Below are positions 10,733 through 19,523 of a DNA stretch of 53,397 nucleotides, piece after piece. The stretch lies in NCBI GenBank assembly GCA_043747615.1, contig JAYTOU010000062.1, forward strand, positions 1 to 53,397, written 5' to 3'. The stretch comes from Myxococcales bacterium. Lineage in GTDB: Bacteria; Myxococcota_A; Polyangia; Polyangiales; Polyangiaceae. The notes under the pieces were generated by a model that worked only from the letters and a program-made list of their open reading frames with translations, did not search any database and was not told the origin of the DNA. The first letter of the stretch is position 1; every line of letters starts with the position of its first letter. The position numbers were made by a program, and so were the translations under genes.

Positions 10733-11029
10733 TCATTCATCGGATGCCATGTCCGGTACCCCCCGGACACCATGTCCGGCAGGGGCCTGCGAGATCCGGA
10801 CACCGTGTTTGCCTGTCATCGAGCGCACGTCGGACCCCGATCGTTTCGCGTCGCTGCGGCATTCCTTGGTCGTGAGCCGATGGTGCGCCTTCCAGAGCTC
10901 CTGCCGAGGCCTCTCGAGCGCCGCGCATGCGGTCTCGAGCTCGCATTGAAACTGGAGCGCGTGCGATCGCGCATCTGCGAATTGATCGCGAAGACTTTGA
11001 ATTTCGGAGTCGTTCGGAAGCGAGCTCAC
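10733..11029 (-). CDS. small element-borne coiled-coil protein, paralog of 51712-51906 (possibly degenerate, fused to a rep remnant)
   Basis: MSSLPNDSEIQSLRDQFADARSHALQFQCELETA vs MSSLPDDSEIQVLRDQLAETRSLALQFQRELETA. Confidence 0.5.
   Translation of the reverse strand: MSSLPNDSEIQSLRDQFADARSHALQFQCELETACAALERPRQELWKAHHRLTTKECRSDAKRSGSDVRSMTGKHGVRISQAPAGHGVRGVPDMASDE
10740..10812. repeat. three 17-bp iteron-like repeats beside an AT-rich tract
   Basis: TCGGATGCCATGTCCGG (10740), CCGGACACCATGTCCGG (10763, palindromic arms), CCGGACACCGTGTTTGC (10796); T-rich tract at ~10700-10740. Confidence 0.55.
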
Positions 11030-11202
11030 GGTCGCCTCCGTCGCGCACTCACGGTGGCCTTCGCACCCGGTGCGATCTCAGCGCGCCCACCAAAGTTCTC
11101 ACGACGTTGTCCCGCGCCGAGGCATCCTGCGCCGAATTCTTTAATGATATCGATGGCACGCCCGGCAGGACTCGAACCTGCGACCCGCGGCTTAGAAGGC
11201 CG
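10821..11202. repeat. diverged direct repeat of 51715-52173 (element end)
   Basis: Colinear similarity from GAGYGCACGTCGGACCCC to the att core; this copy lacks ~95 bp present at ~51950-52045. Confidence 0.9.
11155..11202 (-). repeat. att core: 3' half of tRNA-Arg, exact 48-bp direct repeat of 52126-52173
   Basis: GGCACGCCCGGCAGGACTCGAACCTGCGACCCGCGGCTTAGAAGGCCG is identical in both places; identity stops at the anticodon stem. Confidence 0.95.
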
Positions 11203-11492
11203 GTCTTCAAACCATATTCATGGTACAACGTCGGCACGTTGCGTTGATTCGAGTGATCGCGAGACGGGGCGTGCGCCGCCCTGTTTTTACCTGCGCAGCG
11301 ATGATCGGTACCCGGTTGGGCACCGATGCGATTCCGAAACTACGTGAATTGAGTTCGAGGATGAATCGATCATTGAATACCCGCCCGGCGTCGCCGTGCG
11401 CGAGCCAGAGGCGTAGGAATCGCTGTGATCGTTGGCCATCGTTCGACGTCCCACTCATGACAAATCGTGACTTTCCCGATCACTGCTCCGGA

Positions 11493-12506
11493 TTACGCCG
11501 TCGCATTCGGGTTGAACGGCAGCCCGTCGAAGGGCTTGTCGTCAGGGTGATGGAAGATCCACCGGCGCGCATGGTGCGCGACGGCGATATTCAGCCAGCG
11601 AGCAAAGGTGGCGTTGATGTCGACGACCCCCTCACCATTTCCTGGTTCAGGATGCCGCATGATCAATGCACGCCGTCGATCGAGCACGTAGACAATGGCG
11701 TCGGCGGTATCCAGACGAGTACCGCGCCACGCCTCGCTCGGGTCTTGTCGCTCAAGCAGGACGATGGGCCGATCCGAGGTGAGGAATGGGATCGGCGAAC
11801 GCGCCACTACCCACCGCCGGTTGAAGAAATAGGGCATGAAGTCGATGGGCCCCCTCAGCACGGCTTCGACCGTCTCGTTCTTGTGGGGGGTCACACGCGC
11901 CGTTTTCGCGGCATCGCGGAACATTGTCGCCGCCTTCGCGACAGCTTCGTCCGAGGCATCGTCGCCTCTTTCCTGCAGGAAGTTGCGTACGTAGTCGGGC
12001 GAAGACGCAGCGACGCGCATGAGCATCCGCGAGGTCTGCGTGTAGTAGCGGGTTTGGAAGTCACCGGTGTCGTGGCCACGCACGAACTGGAGTGCCATGA
12101 ACATGGCGAGGTTCTCGCGGTCGATGTCGTCGGGAAAGTGGTCTGGTCCCAGCCGATCCAGATTCGCGAACGCATGACCGGCCGCTCTCTCAAATACGCC
12201 GATAACGTGCTCCGCCTCGTGCACACGACGCGGGTCGTCGGTCTCGATATTGTAGAAATCGGTCTCAACAGCAGCATCGTGCACGCCAATGACGATGCTC
12301 GAATCGGGGCCGGCCTTCGCGTCTGTACGCTGCACGCGCATCGCGGCCTTCGGGTTGGTTTGGGCCGCGAACCGGTTAAGGTACATCTCTGGGACGTAGT
12401 GGTGTCGCCTAGGAGGGTTCTCGCCGTTCGGCGGCGGCTCGTTCGCATCGACCCGCGCCTTCTCCCTTTCCCAGACGGCGATTCGGGGGTCGTCCGAGAA
12501 CCTCAT
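11493..12506 (-). CDS. DUF4238 domain protein
   Basis: RHHYVPEMYLNRF signature, DFYNI, FMALQFVR, FLTSDRPI. Confidence 0.8.
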   Translation of the reverse strand: MRFSDDPRIAVWEREKARVDANEPPPNGENPPRRHHYVPEMYLNRFAAQTNPKAAMRVQRTDAKAGPDSSIVIGVHDAAVETDFYNIETDDPRRVHEAEHVIGVFERAAGHAFANLDRLGPDHFPDDIDRENLAMFMALQFVRGHDTGDFQTRYYTQTSRMLMRVAASSPDYVRNFLQERGDDASDEAVAKAATMFRDAAKTARVTPHKNETVEAVLRGPIDFMPYFFNRRWVVARSPIPFLTSDRPIVLLERQDPSEAWRGTRLDTADAIVYVLDRRRALIMRHPEPGNGEGVVDINATFARWLNIAVAHHARRWIFHHPDDKPFDGLPFNPNATA

Positions 12507-13057
12507 GGGGTGAGCGTGACCCAACGAGGCGCGATGTTCCAGATCAACGTCCGCTCAAAAGGACCACTCCCTGAAGCCTCGTCGCACCCCAGGCAATCCC
12601 GCACCCGAGATTCTTGCCTTGGGCGGCGACCCCGCCGGCTCGGAGCCCGATCACGAAGCTTTCCGACTCTTGGACCAACATTGACGCCCCGTGGACGGCG
12701 AGCCCACCCGGGCGTCGACAGCATGAACCACGTGGGTCGATCGGGTTTGCCGCTGAAGACAAAGAGCGTCGCGGGGCAGGTCCCTGTGAGCTGCAGATCG
12801 GTAATGATCGCCGGACCGACGAGTGCGCGTACGCATGCCCCCGAAAACGATCCGGTCTTGCCCGCCTCGCCGACGGCGCACTCGTAGGCCCGCGTATCGA
12901 GTCCGGGCAGCACGACCCCAGCGCGCAAGCTATCCGCCTGGGTAGGTACTGCTTCGGCGATCTCGGCGTGAACCGGCTTCTCAGGTGGAGGCGGCGGCGC
13001 CACCTTCGCAGGTTCTGCTACCGGAGAGGCGTCCGTTACATCAAGCCTGTCGGCCAC
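12503..13057 (-). pseudogene. hypothetical protein fragment, probably 5'-truncated at the hsdR junction
   Basis: Pro-rich linker plus Cys-containing segment; stop overlaps the DUF4238 ATG; frame stays open upstream to the ~13085 junction. Confidence 0.35.
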
Positions 13058-13083
13058 CGCAGCGAGTTCCTTGCCGTACGACC

Positions 13084-13620
13084 CCGTTTGCCCTGAAGGA
13101 GGTGCGAAAGCTCTCCGCCACCCAGGGCAAGCGCTTCGCCGTCATCGCCGACGAGGCGCACAGCTCGCAGACGGGCGACGCGGCAAAGCAGCTGAAGGCG
13201 GTGCTCTCCTCCGAGGAGCTCGCCGAGCTCGCCGACGGCGGCGAGGTGAGCAGCGAGGACATCCTGGCCGCGGAAATGGCCGCACGCGCAGACGACGGCG
13301 GGATCACCTTCGTGGCGTTCACGGCCACGCCAAAGAACAAGACGATGGAGCTCGTCGGCACGCGCCCGGACCCGTCGCGGAAGCCCGGTCCCGACAACAT
13401 CCCCGCGCCGTTTCACGTCTACTCCATGCGCCAGGCCATCGAGGAGGGCTTCATCCTCGACGTGCTCAAGAACTACACCCCCTACTCGCTCGCCTTCAAG
13501 CTCGCCCACGAGGGCAAGGAGCTCGACGAGAAAGAGGTCGAGAAGTCTGCGGCCCTGAAGAAGATCATGGGCTGGGTGAAGCTGCACCCGTACAACATCG
13601 CCCAGAAGGTGCAGGTCGTG
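13084..13620 (+). pseudogene. hsdR: internal fragment of type I restriction enzyme subunit R
   Basis: FAVIADEAHSSQTG, FTATPKNKT, YSMRQAIEEGFILDVLKNY; no N- or C-terminal parts; GC3-rich codons unlike the neighbours. Confidence 0.85.
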
Positions 13621-13622
13621 AT

Positions 13623-14354
13623 GAGCACTACCACGTGGAGCGCATCCTCGATGTTGGCGCTGGCCCTGGCAAATTTTGCATCGCCGCAGCGCTCGCCTAC
13701 TCGGCCGCGATTTTCACGGGCATCGAGCACCGTTCACAGCTCGTCGACGTAGCGCGCGAGCTGGCCCTCGAGCTTCAAGTTCCGAATGCCCGCCTCTACG
13801 CGGGCGACGCGACGCAAATACGATGGAGCGACTTCGACGGCTTCTATTTCTACAATCCGTTCGTAGAAAATATCTTCATCGACGAACATCGTTTTGACAC
13901 GACCGTGGAGCTCTCCGAGGAGCGGTTTCTATCCGACTTGCTCGGTACCGAAGAGGCCATGGCGTCCGCGCGGCTAGGGACGTGCATCGTCACCTACCAC
14001 CGGTTTGGTGGGCGAATTCCCGCGTGCTACGAGCTCATGCATGCCGAGCATGCGGGGACGAATTGGCTTCGGCTTTGGATGAAGAAGCGTGACGATCACG
14101 GTGAGAGCGGCTGGTATTTCGAGTTCGATGAGGGCGTGGTGCTCCGCCCAAGGTCACCCTGCCAGCCGGCCAAGGGTGAACAAAAGCCCGCGCTTGCCGA
14201 AAGATCGTCCGGTAACAGCCCCTCAGGCGATGCCGAGCAAATCGAGAATCGCGGCCACGAACGTCAGGGGGTGCGGGGGGCAACCTGGCACGTAGAGCGT
14301 GGGGCCGACTTCATCGAGGAAGGATCGGTCCACTCCGGACGCATTCGCAAATAG
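13623..14354 (+). pseudogene. N-terminally truncated SAM methyltransferase (paralog 1 of 4)
   Basis: ILDVGAGPGKFC, GIEHR, FYFYNPFVEN, VELSEERF, VTYHRFGG, LRLWMK; the FD-xYP...WTP N-terminus is replaced by hsdR DNA. Confidence 0.75.
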
Positions 14355-14969
14355 CCCACCCGAGATCGCGCACGAGCCGACGGCAACGATGAAGCGCGGC
14401 TCCGGCATCGCGTCCCAAGCCAGACGGACGGCCTCCGCCATGTTCTTCGTGAGCGGTCCCGTCAGCACGAGCGCGTCCGCGTGCCGAGGCGACGGCACCC
14501 ACTCGATCCCGAATCGCTGAAGGTCGAAGTTGACGTTCGCGAGCGCGTTCATCTCTTGCTCGCACCCGTTGCATCCCCCCGCCGACACCTGGCGCATCCT
14601 CAGCGACCGACCGAACATGCTCTTTAGGGCCTCTGATGCCACCACGGGGGCAGGCAGCGTTGCTCCCTCGCTCACGACGAGCTCCTCGCGGCTCCGACCC
14701 CCCATGCGCGTCTCCGGCGTGAACACGATCTTCTTCTCGGGACAGGCGAGCGCGCACTCGTTGCAGAAGATGCATTTGCCCAGATCGATGCGCACGGGGT
14801 CGAGAGAAATGGCATCCGTCGGGCAGACATCCACGCAGGCCCGGCATCCAGACGGGCACGGGGCCGCGCCGATTGCCGGCCGACCTCGAAATCCCTCGGG
14901 CACCGCCTTCCTGAGGTCGGTGATGAACTGCGTGCCCTGGGACCTTCGAACGCGGATGGATTTCAACAT
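14223..14969 (-). CDS. Ehr small subunit: 2[4Fe-4S] ferredoxin fused to a NuoB/HyfI-like domain
   Basis: CRACVDVCP, CIFCNECALACP, GGCNGCE, GSCAISGG, PGCPP; TAATG coupling. Confidence 0.88.
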   Translation of the reverse strand: MLKSIRVRRSQGTQFITDLRKAVPEGFRGRPAIGAAPCPSGCRACVDVCPTDAISLDPVRIDLGKCIFCNECALACPEKKIVFTPETRMGGRSREELVVSEGATLPAPVVASEALKSMFGRSLRMRQVSAGGCNGCEQEMNALANVNFDLQRFGIEWVPSPRHADALVLTGPLTKNMAEAVRLAWDAMPEPRFIVAVGSCAISGGLFANASGVDRSFLDEVGPTLYVPGCPPHPLTFVAAILDLLGIA

Positions 14970-16537
14970 TAGAGATCGTTTCCGCAATAGGAGAGATCGA
15001 AGCTCTTATTGCACATCGGGAAATCGGAGATCTCGTTCCCTCTTACGGCAATCGCGAGACCAAGCCAGTTTCGGAGCGACGGGTCTTGCACTTTGTAATG
15101 AACGAGCGCGCCTTTGTCGTCGGTCTCCAGCACGTGCACGACCTCGCCGCGCCACCCCTCGCAGGCAGCGATTACCAGTCGTGAGGGCGCAAGCTCGCCC
15201 ACGTTCTCTCGACTGGGCTTGGAGACAGGAAAACGTTCGAGAACGGCGTTGATCCACGAGAGCGAGCGATCCATCTCCTGGATCCGCAGGTTGGCGCGGG
15301 CAAAGCAGTCGCCTGTCTCCTCGACGACGGACTCGAGAGGCACGACGTCGTAGACGCCGCCTCCGGGAACGCGCTGGTCGATCGCTACCCCGGAAGATCG
15401 CGCGGCCATGCCGACGACCCCAAGCTCTAGCGCTCGCTCGCGACTCAGCACGCCCGCGTTGCGGAGACGATGCTGCACCGTTCTCGACTTAGCAAAACAC
15501 TCGTTGATGATGCCCAGGTCCGTTTGCAGAAGCGACACGCTCTTTCTGACGTCGGCAGCGCCATCGCGGTCGAGACGAATTCCGCTGCCACCGGGACGGA
15601 GCGCACCTCGACCAAAACGACTGCCACAAAGGCGCATGGTCGTGTTGATGGCAGTCGTCCGCAGCCGTCCATACGTCGACGCCCCCTGAAGGAAGCCGAT
15701 GTCACCAGCAAGGCCGCTGAGCCCGCCGAGGTGCATGGCCACGCGCTCGAGCTCGAGCACAACGGCGCGCGCTGCCTCCGTCTCCATCGTCATATTGAGC
15801 CCCGCCAAGGCCTCGATGGCCGCGCAGTACGCCCATGTGTGGCCGACGCTCGTGTCGCCTGCGATCGTCTCGACGAGCGGCGCGAGGGAGCGCGGGTTTC
15901 CTTTGAGCAGAAGGCGCTCGAGACCCCGATGCTGGTAGCCCAGATGTATCTCGAGATGATGAACGATCTCACCAAGACACATGAAGCGGAAAGACCCTGG
16001 TTCGATCACGCCGGCGTGGATAGGACCAACGGCGACCTCATGAACTTCCTTTCCTTCGATTTCATAGAACGGGTACCGGTCCATTTCGTCGCGGCTCCCG
16101 CTCTCGAATCGGATCGGCTTTAGCCAGGGGTGTCCCGCGATCCGAACTCCGCACTGTTCGTGGAGCTCCCGCTCGAGAGATTGCAGCGACGGAAAGTCAG
16201 CGGTCAGCCCGTGGTACCCGTGCGCAGGGTCCATCGTCGTTCGGAGGACGGAGAGCTGCCGCGGGGCGGTCTCGAGGACTGCCGTGACGACGACGAGGGG
16301 TCCTGCCGCTCTGCCGTAAAGGGTGACCAACCGCTCGCGATTGGCGAGCCGCACGCGGAGATCCGCGACCCACTCTTTTGGCTCTGGGCAAACGAGATCC
16401 CCGAGGCGCGCGTCGTGCACGATGAGCGAGCCGCGCACGGCCTCCCGACTTCGTTGGACACCCTCGCGTCCCTGCATCACTTTTTTGAAGGGATTGGAGA
16501 TCTCGTACCCTCTCTCACTTCTTTCCAAGCGGTTCAT
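14969..16537 (-). CDS. Ehr large subunit (HycE/HyfG/NuoCD-like, lacking Ni-binding CxxC motifs)
   Basis: VGPIHAGVIEPGSFRF, EGWRGE, DPSLRNW; ETIAGDTSVGH and SFDLSYCGNDL replace the L1/L2 Cys pairs; ATGA coupling. Confidence 0.88.
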   Translation of the reverse strand: MNRLERSERGYEISNPFKKVMQGREGVQRSREAVRGSLIVHDARLGDLVCPEPKEWVADLRVRLANRERLVTLYGRAAGPLVVVTAVLETAPRQLSVLRTTMDPAHGYHGLTADFPSLQSLERELHEQCGVRIAGHPWLKPIRFESGSRDEMDRYPFYEIEGKEVHEVAVGPIHAGVIEPGSFRFMCLGEIVHHLEIHLGYQHRGLERLLLKGNPRSLAPLVETIAGDTSVGHTWAYCAAIEALAGLNMTMETEAARAVVLELERVAMHLGGLSGLAGDIGFLQGASTYGRLRTTAINTTMRLCGSRFGRGALRPGGSGIRLDRDGAADVRKSVSLLQTDLGIINECFAKSRTVQHRLRNAGVLSRERALELGVVGMAARSSGVAIDQRVPGGGVYDVVPLESVVEETGDCFARANLRIQEMDRSLSWINAVLERFPVSKPSRENVGELAPSRLVIAACEGWRGEVVHVLETDDKGALVHYKVQDPSLRNWLGLAIAVRGNEISDFPMCNKSFDLSYCGNDL

Positions 16538-17976
16538 TCGGTACCCAAGGTGCCTGCCACCTGTTGAAATAGCGCGTTCACCACCGGGGGCATGTAGACA
16601 CCCATGGCGACGAGCGCGGCGAAGAACACCAGCTTCGGAACCGCCGCAGCAAAAGTCTGGGACGGCCCGGAGACCTTCTGCTTCGGTTCCCCCCAAATCA
16701 TCGGAAAGATTGTCCGTCCAGTCGCGACGAACGTCATCGCGATGAGGCCGCAGAACGCGACGAAGACGGTGATCTGACCCGAGCGAATCAATCCCGAAAG
16801 GATCATCAGCTCGCCGAGGAAGCTCCCGAACGGTGGAAAACCAAGGAGTGCAAAAGTTCCGACCATCAGGAACATGCCGCTGTAGGGCAGATCCTTGATC
16901 AGGCCGGCGATCTCCCGCGTGTCCTTCGTGCCGTAGTGGGCTTTGATCTTGCCGGCGGTCAGGAACAAGATCGCTTTGATGAAGGCGTTGCTCACGACGT
17001 AGAGGAGCAGGCCGTACGAGGCCATCTTGTTGCCGATGCCGAGCCCAATCGCGATGACGCCCGCGTGGTTGATCGATGCGTACGCGAGGAGACGCTTCAG
17101 GTTGCGGGTCGCGATGATGCTGAAGCTCGAGACCGCCATCGAAGCTAGCCCGACGACGACGAGCTCGGTGGAGACAAGATCGGGATTGCCGCTCCGGTAA
17201 ACTTGAAGCACGCGCAGGAGCGCAACGAGCGCGCAGTTGAACTGGACAGCGGCAAGCATCGCCGTGACGGCCGGTGGCGCCTGGTCGTAGGTCTCCGGTA
17301 GCCAGCTGTACATCGGCGCGAGTCCGAGTTTTGTTCCGTACCCGAGGAAGACGAGCGCCAGTCCGAGCTTTCGCCAAATGTTTGGCGGGCCGGTCACGAG
17401 CAGAGGCAGCCGGTCGATGAAGAACGTCGGCTCATGCCCATTGATCTCGAGGCTTCGGCCGAGACAAAGGAAGCCCAGAAGCGCTATGCCCAGACCGACC
17501 GAGGAAAAGACGAAGTAGGTCCATGAGGCGCGACGTGACGAAGGCACGCCCTGACGAATGATGAGCGGCGCTGCTGCAATGGTGGTCGCCTCCAGAGCGA
17601 TCCACATGACAAAGATGTGGTTCGAGATGACGACGGCATTCGCGGCGGCCATGAAGAGTAGCGCCAGACACACGAAGCGTCCGAGTCCGTCACGCGTCTT
17701 CGGCATCGTGCGAACGCGATTCCAAACGTACGCGGCGATGCCGAAGAAGATGACGTTGATGAGGACGAGGAATAGCCGAGCGGTCGCGTCGAGGGTGACG
17801 TACGGCAACCTTGCCGCGAGGAGTGCCCGTTCACTCCCGGCGCCTCCCATGCTCGACGCAAGGACGGCATCCACGAACGCGGTGGTCACGAGAACCTGCG
17901 GGACGGCACGCGTTGCGCGTGCGCCAACGACGAGCCCACCAAGGGCAGGGACGACTACGATGGCGAGGGGCGTCAT
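16534..17976 (-). CDS. hyfF: HyfF-like proton-translocating membrane subunit
   Basis: WIALEATT, GYGTKLGLAPMYSWLP, KRLLAYASINH, PPFGSFLGE. Confidence 0.85.
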   Translation of the reverse strand: MTPLAIVVVPALGGLVVGARATRAVPQVLVTTAFVDAVLASSMGGAGSERALLAARLPYVTLDATARLFLVLINVIFFGIAAYVWNRVRTMPKTRDGLGRFVCLALLFMAAANAVVISNHIFVMWIALEATTIAAAPLIIRQGVPSSRRASWTYFVFSSVGLGIALLGFLCLGRSLEINGHEPTFFIDRLPLLVTGPPNIWRKLGLALVFLGYGTKLGLAPMYSWLPETYDQAPPAVTAMLAAVQFNCALVALLRVLQVYRSGNPDLVSTELVVVGLASMAVSSFSIIATRNLKRLLAYASINHAGVIAIGLGIGNKMASYGLLLYVVSNAFIKAILFLTAGKIKAHYGTKDTREIAGLIKDLPYSGMFLMVGTFALLGFPPFGSFLGELMILSGLIRSGQITVFVAFCGLIAMTFVATGRTIFPMIWGEPKQKVSGPSQTFAAAVPKLVFFAALVAMGVYMPPVVNALFQQVAGTLGTE

Positions 17977-18596
17977 AGCGCCGGGCTCTCCTCTGCGGTG
18001 AAGCCGGGCTCATCGGCCTTCAGCGTCCGGAGGTACCAGGCGAACATAGCCACGGAGATTGCGAGCACACACGTCTGTCCAAGGCGAATTCCGATTGCCT
18101 CGTGGTGCGATGCGTCGCCGAGCTCGAAGAGCGCGATAGCGTTCTCGATCCGGAGCGCGCCAACCATCTGGCTGAACGGTCCCGATTGGGTCCCGAGAAC
18201 GAGGAGCCCAAGGAGCAAGCCCGAGGCGGAAACGGCGACGAGCGTCTGCTCGTCACTCTCGCGAGGAATAGCGATCCCCGCGAACTGGAAAGCGAAGACG
18301 ACGAGCACGATCGCGACCGTCCACGAAAGCATGTTCGGTGGGATGACGTCGTTACGCGACGGCGCATTTCGGCTTCGGAGTACCCGGTGGAGCGCGAGCG
18401 GTGCGGCGATCGCGCGCACCACGATGAGGTCCACGAAGGTGAGAGCCGTGTCGAGAGACACTTGGTGGTGATGGCGGTAGGCGATCCATCCCATTACCGC
18501 TCCCTGACACGACAGGCCGAGGAGGCTCGTTCGCCACGACGCCATGAAAAGTGGCATGAGGAGCACTGCGAGAAACGCGATGAGGAGCGGTGTCAT
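17973..18596 (-). CDS. hyfE: HyfE-like membrane subunit
   Basis: Hydrophobic, QMVGALRIENAI motif, lies between hyfC and hyfF homologs. Confidence 0.75.
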   Translation of the reverse strand: MTPLLIAFLAVLLMPLFMASWRTSLLGLSCQGAVMGWIAYRHHHQVSLDTALTFVDLIVVRAIAAPLALHRVLRSRNAPSRNDVIPPNMLSWTVAIVLVVFAFQFAGIAIPRESDEQTLVAVSASGLLLGLLVLGTQSGPFSQMVGALRIENAIALFELGDASHHEAIGIRLGQTCVLAISVAMFAWYLRTLKADEPGFTAEESPAL

Positions 18597-18602
18597 GTCG
18601 TT

Positions 18603-19523
18603 CTACGAGCGCCAAGACGTCGCGATTAAGGCGACGAACGCAGCGATGAGCGCCGCGAGAATGTATTGAGGAACGGCGCTCAGTTTGAGTCGTGCAACCA
18701 AAGACTCCACGGTCCCAATGACCACCGCGATCACGAGAGAGACCGCCACGTTCGACGTAGCCGCGACCGCTGTGCCGTGGTTTCCCGTCCACGGATTCAA
18801 GAGCGCGGCGAGCAGCGCGATCCCGACCGTCATCTTGATCGCCGAGCCAAACTGAAGGGCTGCGAGGTCTGGGCCACTGTGGTCGAGGATCATGACTTCG
18901 TGGATCATCGTGAGCTCCAGGTGCGTGTTCGGATCGTCGACAGGCATCCGGGCTGATTCGACCTGCACGACGATGAAGAGAGCCACGATGGAGGCCGCCC
19001 AAACCACGAGCGAAGATCCACCGACGACGTGCATGGCGATCGCGCCTTCGAGCGAACGCTGGCCGCTTACTATGCAGAGCGCGCCCGCGACCAAGAAAAG
19101 AGTGGGCTCGAGCAGCGCGGAGAACGTCGCCTCGCGACTTGCCCCCATGCCCTCGAAGGAGCTTCCTGCATCCATCGCGGCCAGTATCAGCGCCACACGC
19201 CCCAACCCCCAGACGTACGCGAACCAAACGAAGTCGAAAGGGAAGGCGATGACACTATTGCGACCGAGTAGGGGGACGACGAGGCCGGACGCGATTGCCG
19301 TCGCGAGCACGGCATACGGGGCAATGCGAAAGGCCGCCGTAGTGACGGAGCTGTAAACGGGGCGCTTGCGGATCAGACGCAGGGTGTCGAACGCGAGTTG
19401 CAAGATCGGAAGTCCTTTTCGCCCGGCCCATAGTGCCTTCGTCCGGTTGATGATCCCCACGATCAGAACTGGCAGGACGAGGGCGGTCGCAAGGAAAGCC
19501 AGGAGCGAAGCGCCGCCTCTCAT
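18603..19523 (-). CDS. hyfC: HyfC/HycD (NuoH-like) membrane subunit
   Basis: GRKGLP, DAGSSFEGMGASRE, RMPVDDPNTHLELTMIHE. Confidence 0.88.
   Translation of the reverse strand: MRGGASLLAFLATALVLPVLIVGIINRTKALWAGRKGLPILQLAFDTLRLIRKRPVYSSVTTAAFRIAPYAVLATAIASGLVVPLLGRNSVIAFPFDFVWFAYVWGLGRVALILAAMDAGSSFEGMGASREATFSALLEPTLFLVAGALCIVSGQRSLEGAIAMHVVGGSSLVVWAASIVALFIVVQVESARMPVDDPNTHLELTMIHEVMILDHSGPDLAALQFGSAIKMTVGIALLAALLNPWTGNHGTAVAATSNVAVSLVIAVVIGTVESLVARLKLSAVPQYILAALIAAFVALIATSWRS

Noticed and set aside
11155..11202. Second functional tRNA-Arg
   Set aside because: The 5' acceptor strand and D-arm are missing; it is an att fragment.
11220..12887. 555-aa plus-strand ORF beside the att as a possible integrase
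   Set aside because: It is the antisense shadow of the DUF4238 gene and shows no recombinase motifs.
12985..14354. Functional type I R-M system (hsdR plus methylase)
   Set aside because: hsdR is only an internal fragment, there is no hsdS, and the adjacent MTase is a truncated member of a different family, not HsdM.
14969..16537. [NiFe]-hydrogenase / formate hydrogenlyase large subunit
   Set aside because: Both Ni-binding CxxC motifs are absent and there are no maturation genes; called Ehr instead.
16538..17377. 280-aa N-terminal extension of the Ehr large subunit in the ORF track
   Set aside because: Overlaps hyfF in another frame; the ATGA-coupled start at 16537 fits better.
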